A stretch of 62,549 bases of DNA, filler included, from Candidatus Delongbacteria bacterium (lineage in GTDB: Bacteria; UBA4055), in assembly GCA_016937995.1 (NCBI GenBank). It is 3 parts of 3 records of this genome, joined end to end, with 100 filler letters (N's around TTAATTAATTAA, not from the genome) between each part and the next. Parts side by side here need not be neighbours in the genome. Positions count along the whole stretch, not along the records: positions 31,561 to 55,986 come from JAFGVM010000075.1; 2 more parts are not named here. One strand, written 5' to 3'. Position numbers and translations under genes: made by a program. The notes beneath the pieces were generated by a model. It made no database searches. It had not been told where the DNA came from and was given only the letters and a program-made list of their open reading frames with translations. Positions 38,232 through 46,073 of the stretch are shown here, in pieces. Each line of letters opens with the position of its first letter. The first letter of the stretch is position 1.

Positions 38232-41200
38232 ATGTCATTTGTACATTTACATAATCATTCTCACTATTCTACCCTGGATGGTCTCTCAAAACCAAAAAAT
38301 ATGATCCAAAAAGCAGTTGAACTTAAGCAAACTGCAATGGCTATTACTGATCATGGTAACATGATGGGTGTTATTGATTTTTATAAAAATGCTAAAAAGC
38401 AGAATGTTAAACCTATTATAGGTATAGAAGCCTATCTTGTCAATAACAGAAAGGTTAAAGAAAAGGGTGAAAAGAGAAATCATCTTGTACTCCTTGCAAA
38501 AAATACAACCGGGTACAAGAACCTTATCTATATGTCGACTCAGGCCAGTTTGACCGGCTTTTATCATAAACCAAGGATAGATTATAAATTACTTGAAGAG
38601 CATAGTGAAGGTTTGATCGGTCTCTCAGCTTGTTTGGCAGGAGAGATACCAAGATTAATTATCGATAATAAGACCGAAGAAGCAAGAAAAGCAGCATTAA
38701 AATATCAGAATATATTCGGGAAGGGTAATTTTTATCTTGAGGTCCAGTATCATCCCGAAATTGCAGAACAGGAAAAGGTCAATAGAGAATTGCTCCGTAT
38801 CTCAAAAGAGACGGGTATTGGTTTAGTCGCTACAAATGACACACACTATGTTGAAAAAGATGATGACATAATTCAGGACGTACTTGTTTGTGTTAACACG
38901 GGTAAGATACTCAGTGAGCAGAATAATAGACTATGTATGATGGGGGGTAATTATTCTATTCTTTCAACTCAGGAAATGGAAAAGAACTTTAAAGACTATC
39001 CAGGAGCAATTGAAAATACAGTTAAGATCGCGGACATGTGTAATTTAGAGATAGAGTTCGATCAATCATTATTACCTAAGTACGAGTGCCCCGACGGTAT
39101 GACAGAAGATGCATATTTGACAAAATTATGTGATATAGGTCTTAATAAAAGGTACGGAATCGATAAAGATAAAAACGGAAAGTATATTCTAAGCAGTGAC
39201 AGGCAGTTGAGCGAATTACCGATCCCTTTCGAAGAAATAATTGAAAGACTGGAGTTTGAGCTTAAAACAGTGAACAACATGGAATTCCCGGGTTATTTTC
39301 TGATCGTTCAGGATTTTGTTAACTGGGCAAAGGAGAATGGCATACTGGTAGGTCCCGGAAGAGGTTCTGCAGCAGGTTCGGTCATTTCGTATCTGACAGG
39401 AATTACAAATGTCGATCCTTTGAAATATGGATTACTGTTTGAGAGATTTTTAAATCCTGAAAGAATTTCTATGCCTGATATTGATATCGATATTCAGGAT
39501 GATGAGAGAGACAAAGTTCTTGATTACGTTAAAGATAAATACGGAAGAGATAATGTTTGTCAGGTTGTAACCTACCAGACAATGGCAGCAAAAAATTCTA
39601 TCAGAGATATTGGTAGAGTAATGGATATACCATTAGACCAGGTGAACAAAATAACTGAAAAGATATCAGGAAAACCGGGCACTACGATAAGTTCCAGCCT
39701 GAAGGAAAAAGATTTTAAAAGTATTTATGATGCAAATAAATTAAACAAGGAACTGATCGATAAAGCCAATAGAATTGAAGGTACTATCCGTGGTACAGGA
39801 ACTCATGCATGTGCAGTTATAATCAGTGATAAACCTGTCCATGAGTATGTCCCGTTACAATATCCGCCGAAGGACAGTAAAACTGTGATAACACAGTATG
39901 AAGGTCCGCAATTGGATGATCTTGGTCTGTTGAAAATGGATTTTCTAGGTTTAAGAACACTGTCCATCATTGCAAATGCTTTAAAATATATTAAGAAACA
40001 AACAGGTAAATCAATTGATATTGATAATATCCCTTTCAACGATAAAAAAGTTTATGATCTTTTTTCACAAGGAAATACTAACGGGATCTTTCAGTTTGAA
40101 TCTGCAGGTATGAAAAAACATCTCAGGGAACTTAAACCTGATAAATTTGAATATCTATACGCAATGAATGCTTTATACAGACCGGGACCGATGGATTATA
40201 TCCCTTCATTCATTGCAAGAAAACACGGAAAGGAAAAAGTAGAGTATGATCATCCTTTAATGGAAAAATATCTGAAGGATACTTACGGAATTACTGTTTA
40301 TCAGGAACAGGTCATGATCCTTTCCAGAGAGCTTGCAGGATTTACAAGAGGTGAATCTGATATGCTCAGGAAAGCAATGGGTAAAAAGATCAAAAAATTA
40401 CTTGCTGACCTGAAGAAAAAATTCGTTAAAGGCTGTAATAATAATCAAAAATTCATTGATGGCTGCAAAGAGTATAAAGTTGATATTAATAAAACTGTTG
40501 AGAAGATCTGGAGTGACTGGGAAGCTTTCGGAAATTATGCATTTAACCGTTCACATTCTGTCTGTTATGCCTATGTTGCATATCAGAGTGCGTATTTAAA
40601 AGTTAATTACCCCATTCAATTTATGACAGCAATGCTTAACAGTGTTAAGAACAATTCTGATAAAGTTCTTGAGTATATTGATGAATGTGAGAACATGAAT
40701 ATTGAGATCGTAAGGCCTGATGTGAATTACAGTGGTATGGAGTTTGAGCCTACTGAAGACGGCAAGATATCATTCGGACTTCTTGCTATAAAAAATGTGG
40801 GTGAGAAGGCGATCGAATCGATCATAAACACGAGAGAAGGATCCGGTATTTATAAAAATATCTATGATTTTCTGGACAGGATCGATATTTCTAAAGCTAA
40901 TAAAAGAACTATCGAGCATTTATCAAGAGCAGGAGCACTGGACTCTCTGGGACATAAAAGGTCACAGATAGTGAATTCTCTTGAAGACCTTCTTCCTCAT
41001 TTTCAAAAGATAGCATCAAGAAAGCTGGACTGGGACAACAGTTTATTTGGAGATGAGACAGAACATGACATCGTAATTGATCATCCTCCGCTGCTGGATA
41101 TTGATGAATATGATAAGAATAGCATGCTGGAACAGGAAAAAGAACTGATAGGTCTTTATGTTTCCGGTCATCCTCTTGATAAATACAAGGACCTTATTAA

Positions 41201-41750
41201 AGCTTTGTCCATCAATCAGAAAGTTCTGACAACATCTTTTACAGACAACTATACCTTTACTCTTGGTGGTATGCTTAGAAATAAAAGGATCAGGTCCACA
41301 AAGACAAATAACCTGATGGCAAATCTTACAGTTACGACTTACTATGGTGATGAGGAGCTGGTACTCTTTCCAAAAAAATTTGAAGAATACAATGAAAAAC
41401 TATTAGAAAATGAAGTTTATTTTTTTAAACTGAGATTTCAGAGACAGGGTGAGTATTTCAGCCTGATAGTCGATGAAGTCTACGATTACGAAAGGGCAAA
41501 GCAAATGTTCGGAGAAAAAACAAATACTGTGAAGATCAATTTTAATCCCCAGGATCTTAATGAGATCATTGTTGAGAATTTTATTCAACATCTTCAAAAC
41601 CACAAAGGTAACAAAGAACTTTATTTTAAGGTCAGTGGTCAGAAGGAGAAGGAAATTTTGTTAAAATCCTCTTCATACAAGGTTTCAGGGTCACTTCAGT
41701 TTGTGAAAGGGGTTAAGCAGATCCTGGGTGAAAATTCCATCGATTTTTGA
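38232..41750 (+). CDS. dnaE: DNA polymerase III alpha subunit
   Basis: PHP HLHNHSHYSTLDG, GPGRGSAAGS, MPDIDID, KMDFLGL and FQFES motifs. Confidence 0.98.
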   Translation: MSFVHLHNHSHYSTLDGLSKPKNMIQKAVELKQTAMAITDHGNMMGVIDFYKNAKKQNVKPIIGIEAYLVNNRKVKEKGEKRNHLVLLAKNTTGYKNLIYMSTQASLTGFYHKPRIDYKLLEEHSEGLIGLSACLAGEIPRLIIDNKTEEARKAALKYQNIFGKGNFYLEVQYHPEIAEQEKVNRELLRISKETGIGLVATNDTHYVEKDDDIIQDVLVCVNTGKILSEQNNRLCMMGGNYSILSTQEMEKNFKDYPGAIENTVKIADMCNLEIEFDQSLLPKYECPDGMTEDAYLTKLCDIGLNKRYGIDKDKNGKYILSSDRQLSELPIPFEEIIERLEFELKTVNNMEFPGYFLIVQDFVNWAKENGILVGPGRGSAAGSVISYLTGITNVDPLKYGLLFERFLNPERISMPDIDIDIQDDERDKVLDYVKDKYGRDNVCQVVTYQTMAAKNSIRDIGRVMDIPLDQVNKITEKISGKPGTTISSSLKEKDFKSIYDANKLNKELIDKANRIEGTIRGTGTHACAVIISDKPVHEYVPLQYPPKDSKTVITQYEGPQLDDLGLLKMDFLGLRTLSIIANALKYIKKQTGKSIDIDNIPFNDKKVYDLFSQGNTNGIFQFESAGMKKHLRELKPDKFEYLYAMNALYRPGPMDYIPSFIARKHGKEKVEYDHPLMEKYLKDTYGITVYQEQVMILSRELAGFTRGESDMLRKAMGKKIKKLLADLKKKFVKGCNNNQKFIDGCKEYKVDINKTVEKIWSDWEAFGNYAFNRSHSVCYAYVAYQSAYLKVNYPIQFMTAMLNSVKNNSDKVLEYIDECENMNIEIVRPDVNYSGMEFEPTEDGKISFGLLAIKNVGEKAIESIINTREGSGIYKNIYDFLDRIDISKANKRTIEHLSRAGALDSLGHKRSQIVNSLEDLLPHFQKIASRKLDWDNSLFGDETEHDIVIDHPPLLDIDEYDKNSMLEQEKELIGLYVSGHPLDKYKDLIKALSINQKVLTTSFTDNYTFTLGGMLRNKRIRSTKTNNLMANLTVTTYYGDEELVLFPKKFEEYNEKLLENEVYFFKLRFQRQGEYFSLIVDEVYDYERAKQMFGEKTNTVKINFNPQDLNEIIVENFIQHLQNHKGNKELYFKVSGQKEKEILLKSSSYKVSGSLQFVKGVKQILGENSIDF

Positions 41751-41859
41751 TCTGAAAAAATCACAAAGTAATTAAGGTTTTTATTAAATGGTCACTCGGA
41801 GCTTATTTCCGGGTCTTAAAAACCAAATCAGATACATACTGAAAAGAAAGCATTTATTT

Positions 41860-43083
41860 ATGATCAAAAACTATATAATACGGATTTTTTTATTTCTGTT
41901 CCTGAATGCATTATTTGCTGAACCGATTCTTTATTTTAGAGATCTGAGCAAAACACCTAAGTTATTATATCAGGTGGAGGAAGAGCTTATTGCCAGCCGG
42001 TCTGACAGTCTTCGAAATAGAATTTCTGAAATTCCTATAGGGGAAAGGCTATTAAATCAACTTGTGAAAAAGATATATGTTTCATCTGCGAAATATCTAA
42101 ATTTTAAATACACACCCTCAGAGTATGTTGATACATTGACATTCGTAGAAAGCATTTTGGAGGATCTTAGTAATTCAAACTATTTTCAGAAGAGAAAAAC
42201 GTCATGGGATGACACTTCTCTGATCAATTATTTAACATTTAAGATAGAGTTGCATTTTCTTGAAGAATATCTGAATAGATTTGATATTAAAAAATTTAAA
42301 GACTCAGATATTTATAATGACATAATCGATCAAGCGAGAAAAGATTCTTTAGAAATAAACAAGATCGATACTTTATTGTCACAAATTAAAACACTTAAAT
42401 TCGACCCGTTGCATTTTTATTATAAACCCAATTCTATCAAAGAACAACAATGGGTTGATAAATTCGATATTAATAAATTCAATTTTGAAAGACTTGAGAA
42501 GTTCTATAACGATCATGCAGATGTTCTTGAAAGAACAGAGGATGAATACAAAGTGAACAAAGAGATCATTATTGCAATTTTAAGAAAAGAGACAAATCTT
42601 GGAGAATATAAACTTTCATATAATCCTTTTCAGGTATTATTAGGCCAAGCACAATTTGGTATATTGAACCCCATGTTGAATGATTCTGATAAAGATAAAC
42701 AGAAAAAGAGGATCGAGAGATTAAAACGTTCCGCACAGAGAAGTTTGTATCATATTATCAAATATTCAATTGAGAACGGTTTTAAAGCTGATGATATTAA
42801 GAGTAATTTTGTAGGTGCTGTAGGTCACACACAGTTCATGCCGTTCAACCTATATCTTGCAAGAGACGGGGATTATGACGGGAAAGCTGATCTGTCAAAT
42901 ATGGATGATGCGATCATAAGTATCGGTAATTTTCTTAATCATAACGGCTGGAAGACCTATATTCCTTTGAATAAGCAGAATAAGGACAGGATCATTAAAC
43001 AGATCCTGAAATATAATACAAGTGACAGTTATGCTGACGCTGTTTTTCAAATAGCATTAAGACTTTCAGAAAGACTTAAGTAA
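41860..43083 (+). CDS. Lytic murein transglycosylase, MltB/SLT_2 family, with N-terminal extension
   Basis: Signal peptide from ATG 41860; AILRKETNLG, GAVGHTQFMP, DGDYDGKADL and DAIISIGNFL motifs. Confidence 0.8.
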   Translation: MIKNYIIRIFLFLFLNALFAEPILYFRDLSKTPKLLYQVEEELIASRSDSLRNRISEIPIGERLLNQLVKKIYVSSAKYLNFKYTPSEYVDTLTFVESILEDLSNSNYFQKRKTSWDDTSLINYLTFKIELHFLEEYLNRFDIKKFKDSDIYNDIIDQARKDSLEINKIDTLLSQIKTLKFDPLHFYYKPNSIKEQQWVDKFDINKFNFERLEKFYNDHADVLERTEDEYKVNKEIIIAILRKETNLGEYKLSYNPFQVLLGQAQFGILNPMLNDSDKDKQKKRIERLKRSAQRSLYHIIKYSIENGFKADDIKSNFVGAVGHTQFMPFNLYLARDGDYDGKADLSNMDDAIISIGNFLNHNGWKTYIPLNKQNKDRIIKQILKYNTSDSYADAVFQIALRLSERLK

Positions 43084-43232
43084 GATTTGCTCACTTTACA
43101 CAGTCACCTTGAATTTTTTCAGGGTCTATTTATACATAACTAAATATTACTAATAAATAATGTTGCATATAATTTATACTTTTGATAGTTTTATCTTGAT
43201 AAATGAAAAAAAAATTACAAAATATTTCACTA

Positions 43233-43247
43233 GGTCACTATTTGACC
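43233..43247. promoter_or_regulatory. Inverted repeat GGTCA-N5-TGACC upstream of cas6 (candidate operator)
   Basis: GC-rich palindrome in an AT-rich promoter region, overlapping a TTGACC -35-like hexamer. Confidence 0.35.
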
Positions 43248-43293
43248 CGGCAGTTGGTTTATATTACAAATGTGTGAATAAAAGAGGTTTAAA

Positions 43294-43956
43294 ATGAAAT
43301 TAAAAACTACGGTAGTGTTATTACCCGATTTAAAGATCAAGCGCTCTGAGCTGCATAAAGTAAGAGGATTTTTCTCTTCGAAATATAATGAAAATAATCT
43401 GATACATAATCACGATGGCGATAAGTTCATCCACAGATATCCTGCAGTTCAATTTAAAACAATAGATAATATTTTGTATATTTATTCTTTCTCTTCAGAT
43501 ACTGAAGATGTTTTTAAGGATATCTTTCTAACAGACTATGAACTTGATATAGAAGGGAAGAAGTATAGTATTAATGAAAAGCAGATCGAAGTCAAAGATC
43601 TTGAACTGAATGATAGTGAAGATTATTTCAAATATGAATTTTATTCTCATTGGATAGCCTTAAATCAAAAGAACTTTGAAGAATACATGAAATTAAAATT
43701 TCAGGATGAAAAAGACGCAAAATTAAAATCAATTATAATCCAGAATATAATCTCAGTCTGTAAATTTGCAGGATATACGATACAAAATAAGCTTGAAGTT
43801 AAAGAATTGAATTTAAAACCCGTAATGACTAATTTAAAAGGAATGGAAATTCTTGCATTCAAAGGTGATTTTGAGATTAATTTTATATTACCGGATTACA
43901 TAGGACTAGGCAAAAGTGTATCAAGAGGATTTGGGAATGTCAGGAGAGTGAAATGA
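43294..43956 (+). CDS. cas6: CRISPR endoribonuclease Cas6 (Cas6b type)
   Basis: LIHNH, HRYPAVQFK, WIALNQ and Gly-rich loop IGLGKSVSRGFG. Confidence 0.92.
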   Translation: MKLKTTVVLLPDLKIKRSELHKVRGFFSSKYNENNLIHNHDGDKFIHRYPAVQFKTIDNILYIYSFSSDTEDVFKDIFLTDYELDIEGKKYSINEKQIEVKDLELNDSEDYFKYEFYSHWIALNQKNFEEYMKLKFQDEKDAKLKSIIIQNIISVCKFAGYTIQNKLEVKELNLKPVMTNLKGMEILAFKGDFEINFILPDYIGLGKSVSRGFGNVRRVK

Positions 43957-45617
43957 ATGAAAACGAACTAAAAAATTATTTAATTCAGAATTATCCTGTC
44001 GAAGATGAGACCTGTGAATGGAAAGAGTTTTATTCTTTGAAGCACAGCACTTCCGGTGACGAAGGGAAAGATATTGTTTCTTATATATCCGCAATCTCAA
44101 ACATGAACGGCGGGCAATTAGTTGTAGGCGTAGAAGATCAAACTATGAATATTAGTGGTATTAAGGATTTTAACAAATTCAATAAAATCAGGATTAAGCT
44201 TAAAATACTTCTTGATTGCACAAATTTAAGTTCGGAAAAATTTGAAATTGAAGAATTTATTACAGATGATACTCATAAAATCGTTTGGATTTTTCATATT
44301 CCAAAGCACACATACAGACTTCCTGTTTATGCGCACAGAAAAGCTTGGCAAAGAATTGGTGACAGTCTTGTTGAAATGACCCGCGTTAGATTAAATACAA
44401 TTCTTTCCGAAGTCAGACCATCAGAGGATTGGTCAGCTGAAATAATAAATGAAGCTTCTTTAGAAGATCTTGACCCTCAGGCAATTGAAAAGGCAAGAAT
44501 TGAATTTAAAAAGAGAAATTCAAAGTATAGAGATGAAGTTGACAAATGGGATGATAAAAAATTTCTTAACAAGGCTAAAATTACAAAGAAAGGGAAAATT
44601 ACCCGTACCGCTATGATTTTACTGGGAAAAGATGAGGAGGAGCATTTCCTTGGTTCATGTGTAAAAATAAGGTGGAATCTCAAAACTATTGATAATCAGG
44701 ATAAAGACTTTGAAATATTCTCAATCCCCTTTCTGCTAACCGTGGATGATGTATGCAAAAAGATCAGAAATTTAAAATATCGTTATTTACGAAAAGGTTC
44801 GATGTTCCCTGACGAATTTTTGAAATACGAACCGTTTTCTATCAGGGAAAGCATTCACAACGCTTTAGCGCATCAGGATTATTCTTACGGTGCCAGAATA
44901 AATGTAGTTGAAATTGAAGACGATCATTTGATTTTTTCAAATTACGGATCGTTTCTACCAAAGTCTGTTGAAGATGTGGTTTTAAAAGATTCTCCCGAAG
45001 AATTATACAGAAATCCGTTCCTTGTCGAAGCCATGAAAAACCTTGATATGATTGAAACTCAGGGTGGCGGTCTAAGGAAAATATTCAATTTCCAAAAACA
45101 ACGATTTTTCCCGATGCCAGATTTTGATTTCTCAGATAACAAGGTAAAGGTAATTATTACCGGAAAAGTAATTGACGATGAATTTGCGGATATTCTTATT
45201 CAAAATCCAAATATTTCAATGAGTGATATTCTTTTACTGGACAAAGTTCAAAAGAAAAAATATATGTCGGACGATGAATTTAAATACCTGAAAAAAATGA
45301 AATATGTTGAGGGTCGAAAACCGAATATTTACATTTCAAAGGATGTACTTGAGCCAGTCAAAGATGAAACGATGAAAGCTGATTACATTAGAAATAAAGG
45401 TTTCGATGATACTTACTGCAAAGATTTAATTCTTAATTACATTAAAGAATGGGGGAGCATCACCAGAAATCAGGCTGAAAAATTGTTATGGGATAAACTA
45501 TCGGATGTTCTGTCTGATGAATCAAAGAAGAATAAAGTACAAAATTTATTCCAAAAACTTAAGAGTGAGAATCGAATATCATTGGGTAAAAGAAAAAAAT
45601 GGGAATTAAAAAAGTAA
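43953..45617 (+). CDS. Schlafen/AlbA_2 + HATPase_c_4 + winged-HTH protein
   Basis: EDETCEWKE..SAISNMNGGQLVVGV (AlbA_2); RESIHNALAHQDY, RNPFLVEAM, IETQGGG (HATPase_c_4); C-terminal ILNYIKEWGSITR (wHTH). Confidence 0.82.
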   Translation: MNENELKNYLIQNYPVEDETCEWKEFYSLKHSTSGDEGKDIVSYISAISNMNGGQLVVGVEDQTMNISGIKDFNKFNKIRIKLKILLDCTNLSSEKFEIEEFITDDTHKIVWIFHIPKHTYRLPVYAHRKAWQRIGDSLVEMTRVRLNTILSEVRPSEDWSAEIINEASLEDLDPQAIEKARIEFKKRNSKYRDEVDKWDDKKFLNKAKITKKGKITRTAMILLGKDEEEHFLGSCVKIRWNLKTIDNQDKDFEIFSIPFLLTVDDVCKKIRNLKYRYLRKGSMFPDEFLKYEPFSIRESIHNALAHQDYSYGARINVVEIEDDHLIFSNYGSFLPKSVEDVVLKDSPEELYRNPFLVEAMKNLDMIETQGGGLRKIFNFQKQRFFPMPDFDFSDNKVKVIITGKVIDDEFADILIQNPNISMSDILLLDKVQKKKYMSDDEFKYLKKMKYVEGRKPNIYISKDVLEPVKDETMKADYIRNKGFDDTYCKDLILNYIKEWGSITRNQAEKLLWDKLSDVLSDESKKNKVQNLFQKLKSENRISLGKRKKWELKK

Positions 45618-45773
45618 TTATGAGAACTTATACGAAGTCATGCGTAATTTTATACGAACTTACGAGAACTTATACGAAGTCATGCGTAATTTTATACGAA
45701 CTTATGAGAACTTATACGAAGTCATGCGTAATTTTATACGAACTTATGAGAACTTATACGAAGTCATGCGTAA
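45618..45773. repeat. 42-bp tandem repeat, about 3.7 copies
   Basis: Unit TTATGAGAACTTATACGAAGTCATGCGTAATTTTATACGAAC at 45618, 45660 (one T>C), 45702 and 45744 (partial). Confidence 0.95.
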
Positions 45774-45855
45774 AAATGTGCGAGCGGTTTGGAATGCGAC
45801 CGAACATAAGTCGGTTACAAATTTGAACCAGTAGAAATAAAAAAGGAAAAGTGAA

Positions 45856-46023
45856 ATGGATAAACAACTCTTCGTTTCGTATTATCTTGTTTCATTACCG
45901 GACATTGAAGAACTTAAAGAATTTATGCGTAAAGAAATGACCATGAAGGAAGCTGATGTGACAAGCAGGAAGAGGATAAAAGGAAAAATAGGAAGTATTG
46001 GGATTTCAACCCGTGAAATTTGA
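45856..46023 (+). pseudogene. Remnant resembling the C-terminus of a YhcG/DUF1016 PDDEXK nuclease
   Basis: 55-codon ORF MDKQLFVSYYLVSLPDIEELKEFMRKE... resembles the DUF1016 tail (xLFVSKY..LPxxEEL). Confidence 0.5.
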
Positions 46024-46073
46024 CAGGTTAAGAATATTAAGATGGTAAATAGAAAAGAAAAAAGAGGTAATCT

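Noticed and set aside
39140-39240. Intein in dnaE
   Set aside because: Only a short insertion; overall length is normal and there are no intein terminal motifs
45629-45705. Similarity of TATACGAAGTCAT and TATACGAACTTAT to a loxP arm (TATACGAAGTTAT)
   Set aside because: The arms are direct repeats, not inverted around an 8-bp core, and there is no tyrosine recombinase in the window; likely coincidence
45599-45834. ORFs reading through the 42-bp repeat
   Set aside because: The open frames follow from a unit length divisible by 3; no clear RBS or recognisable protein
45774-46073. CreTA-like mini-array (degenerate CRISPR repeats) between cas6 and cas8b
   Set aside because: Only weak partial matches to the repeat 3' end (ACAAATTTGAAC, GACATTGAAG); no pair of degenerate repeats flanking a spacer
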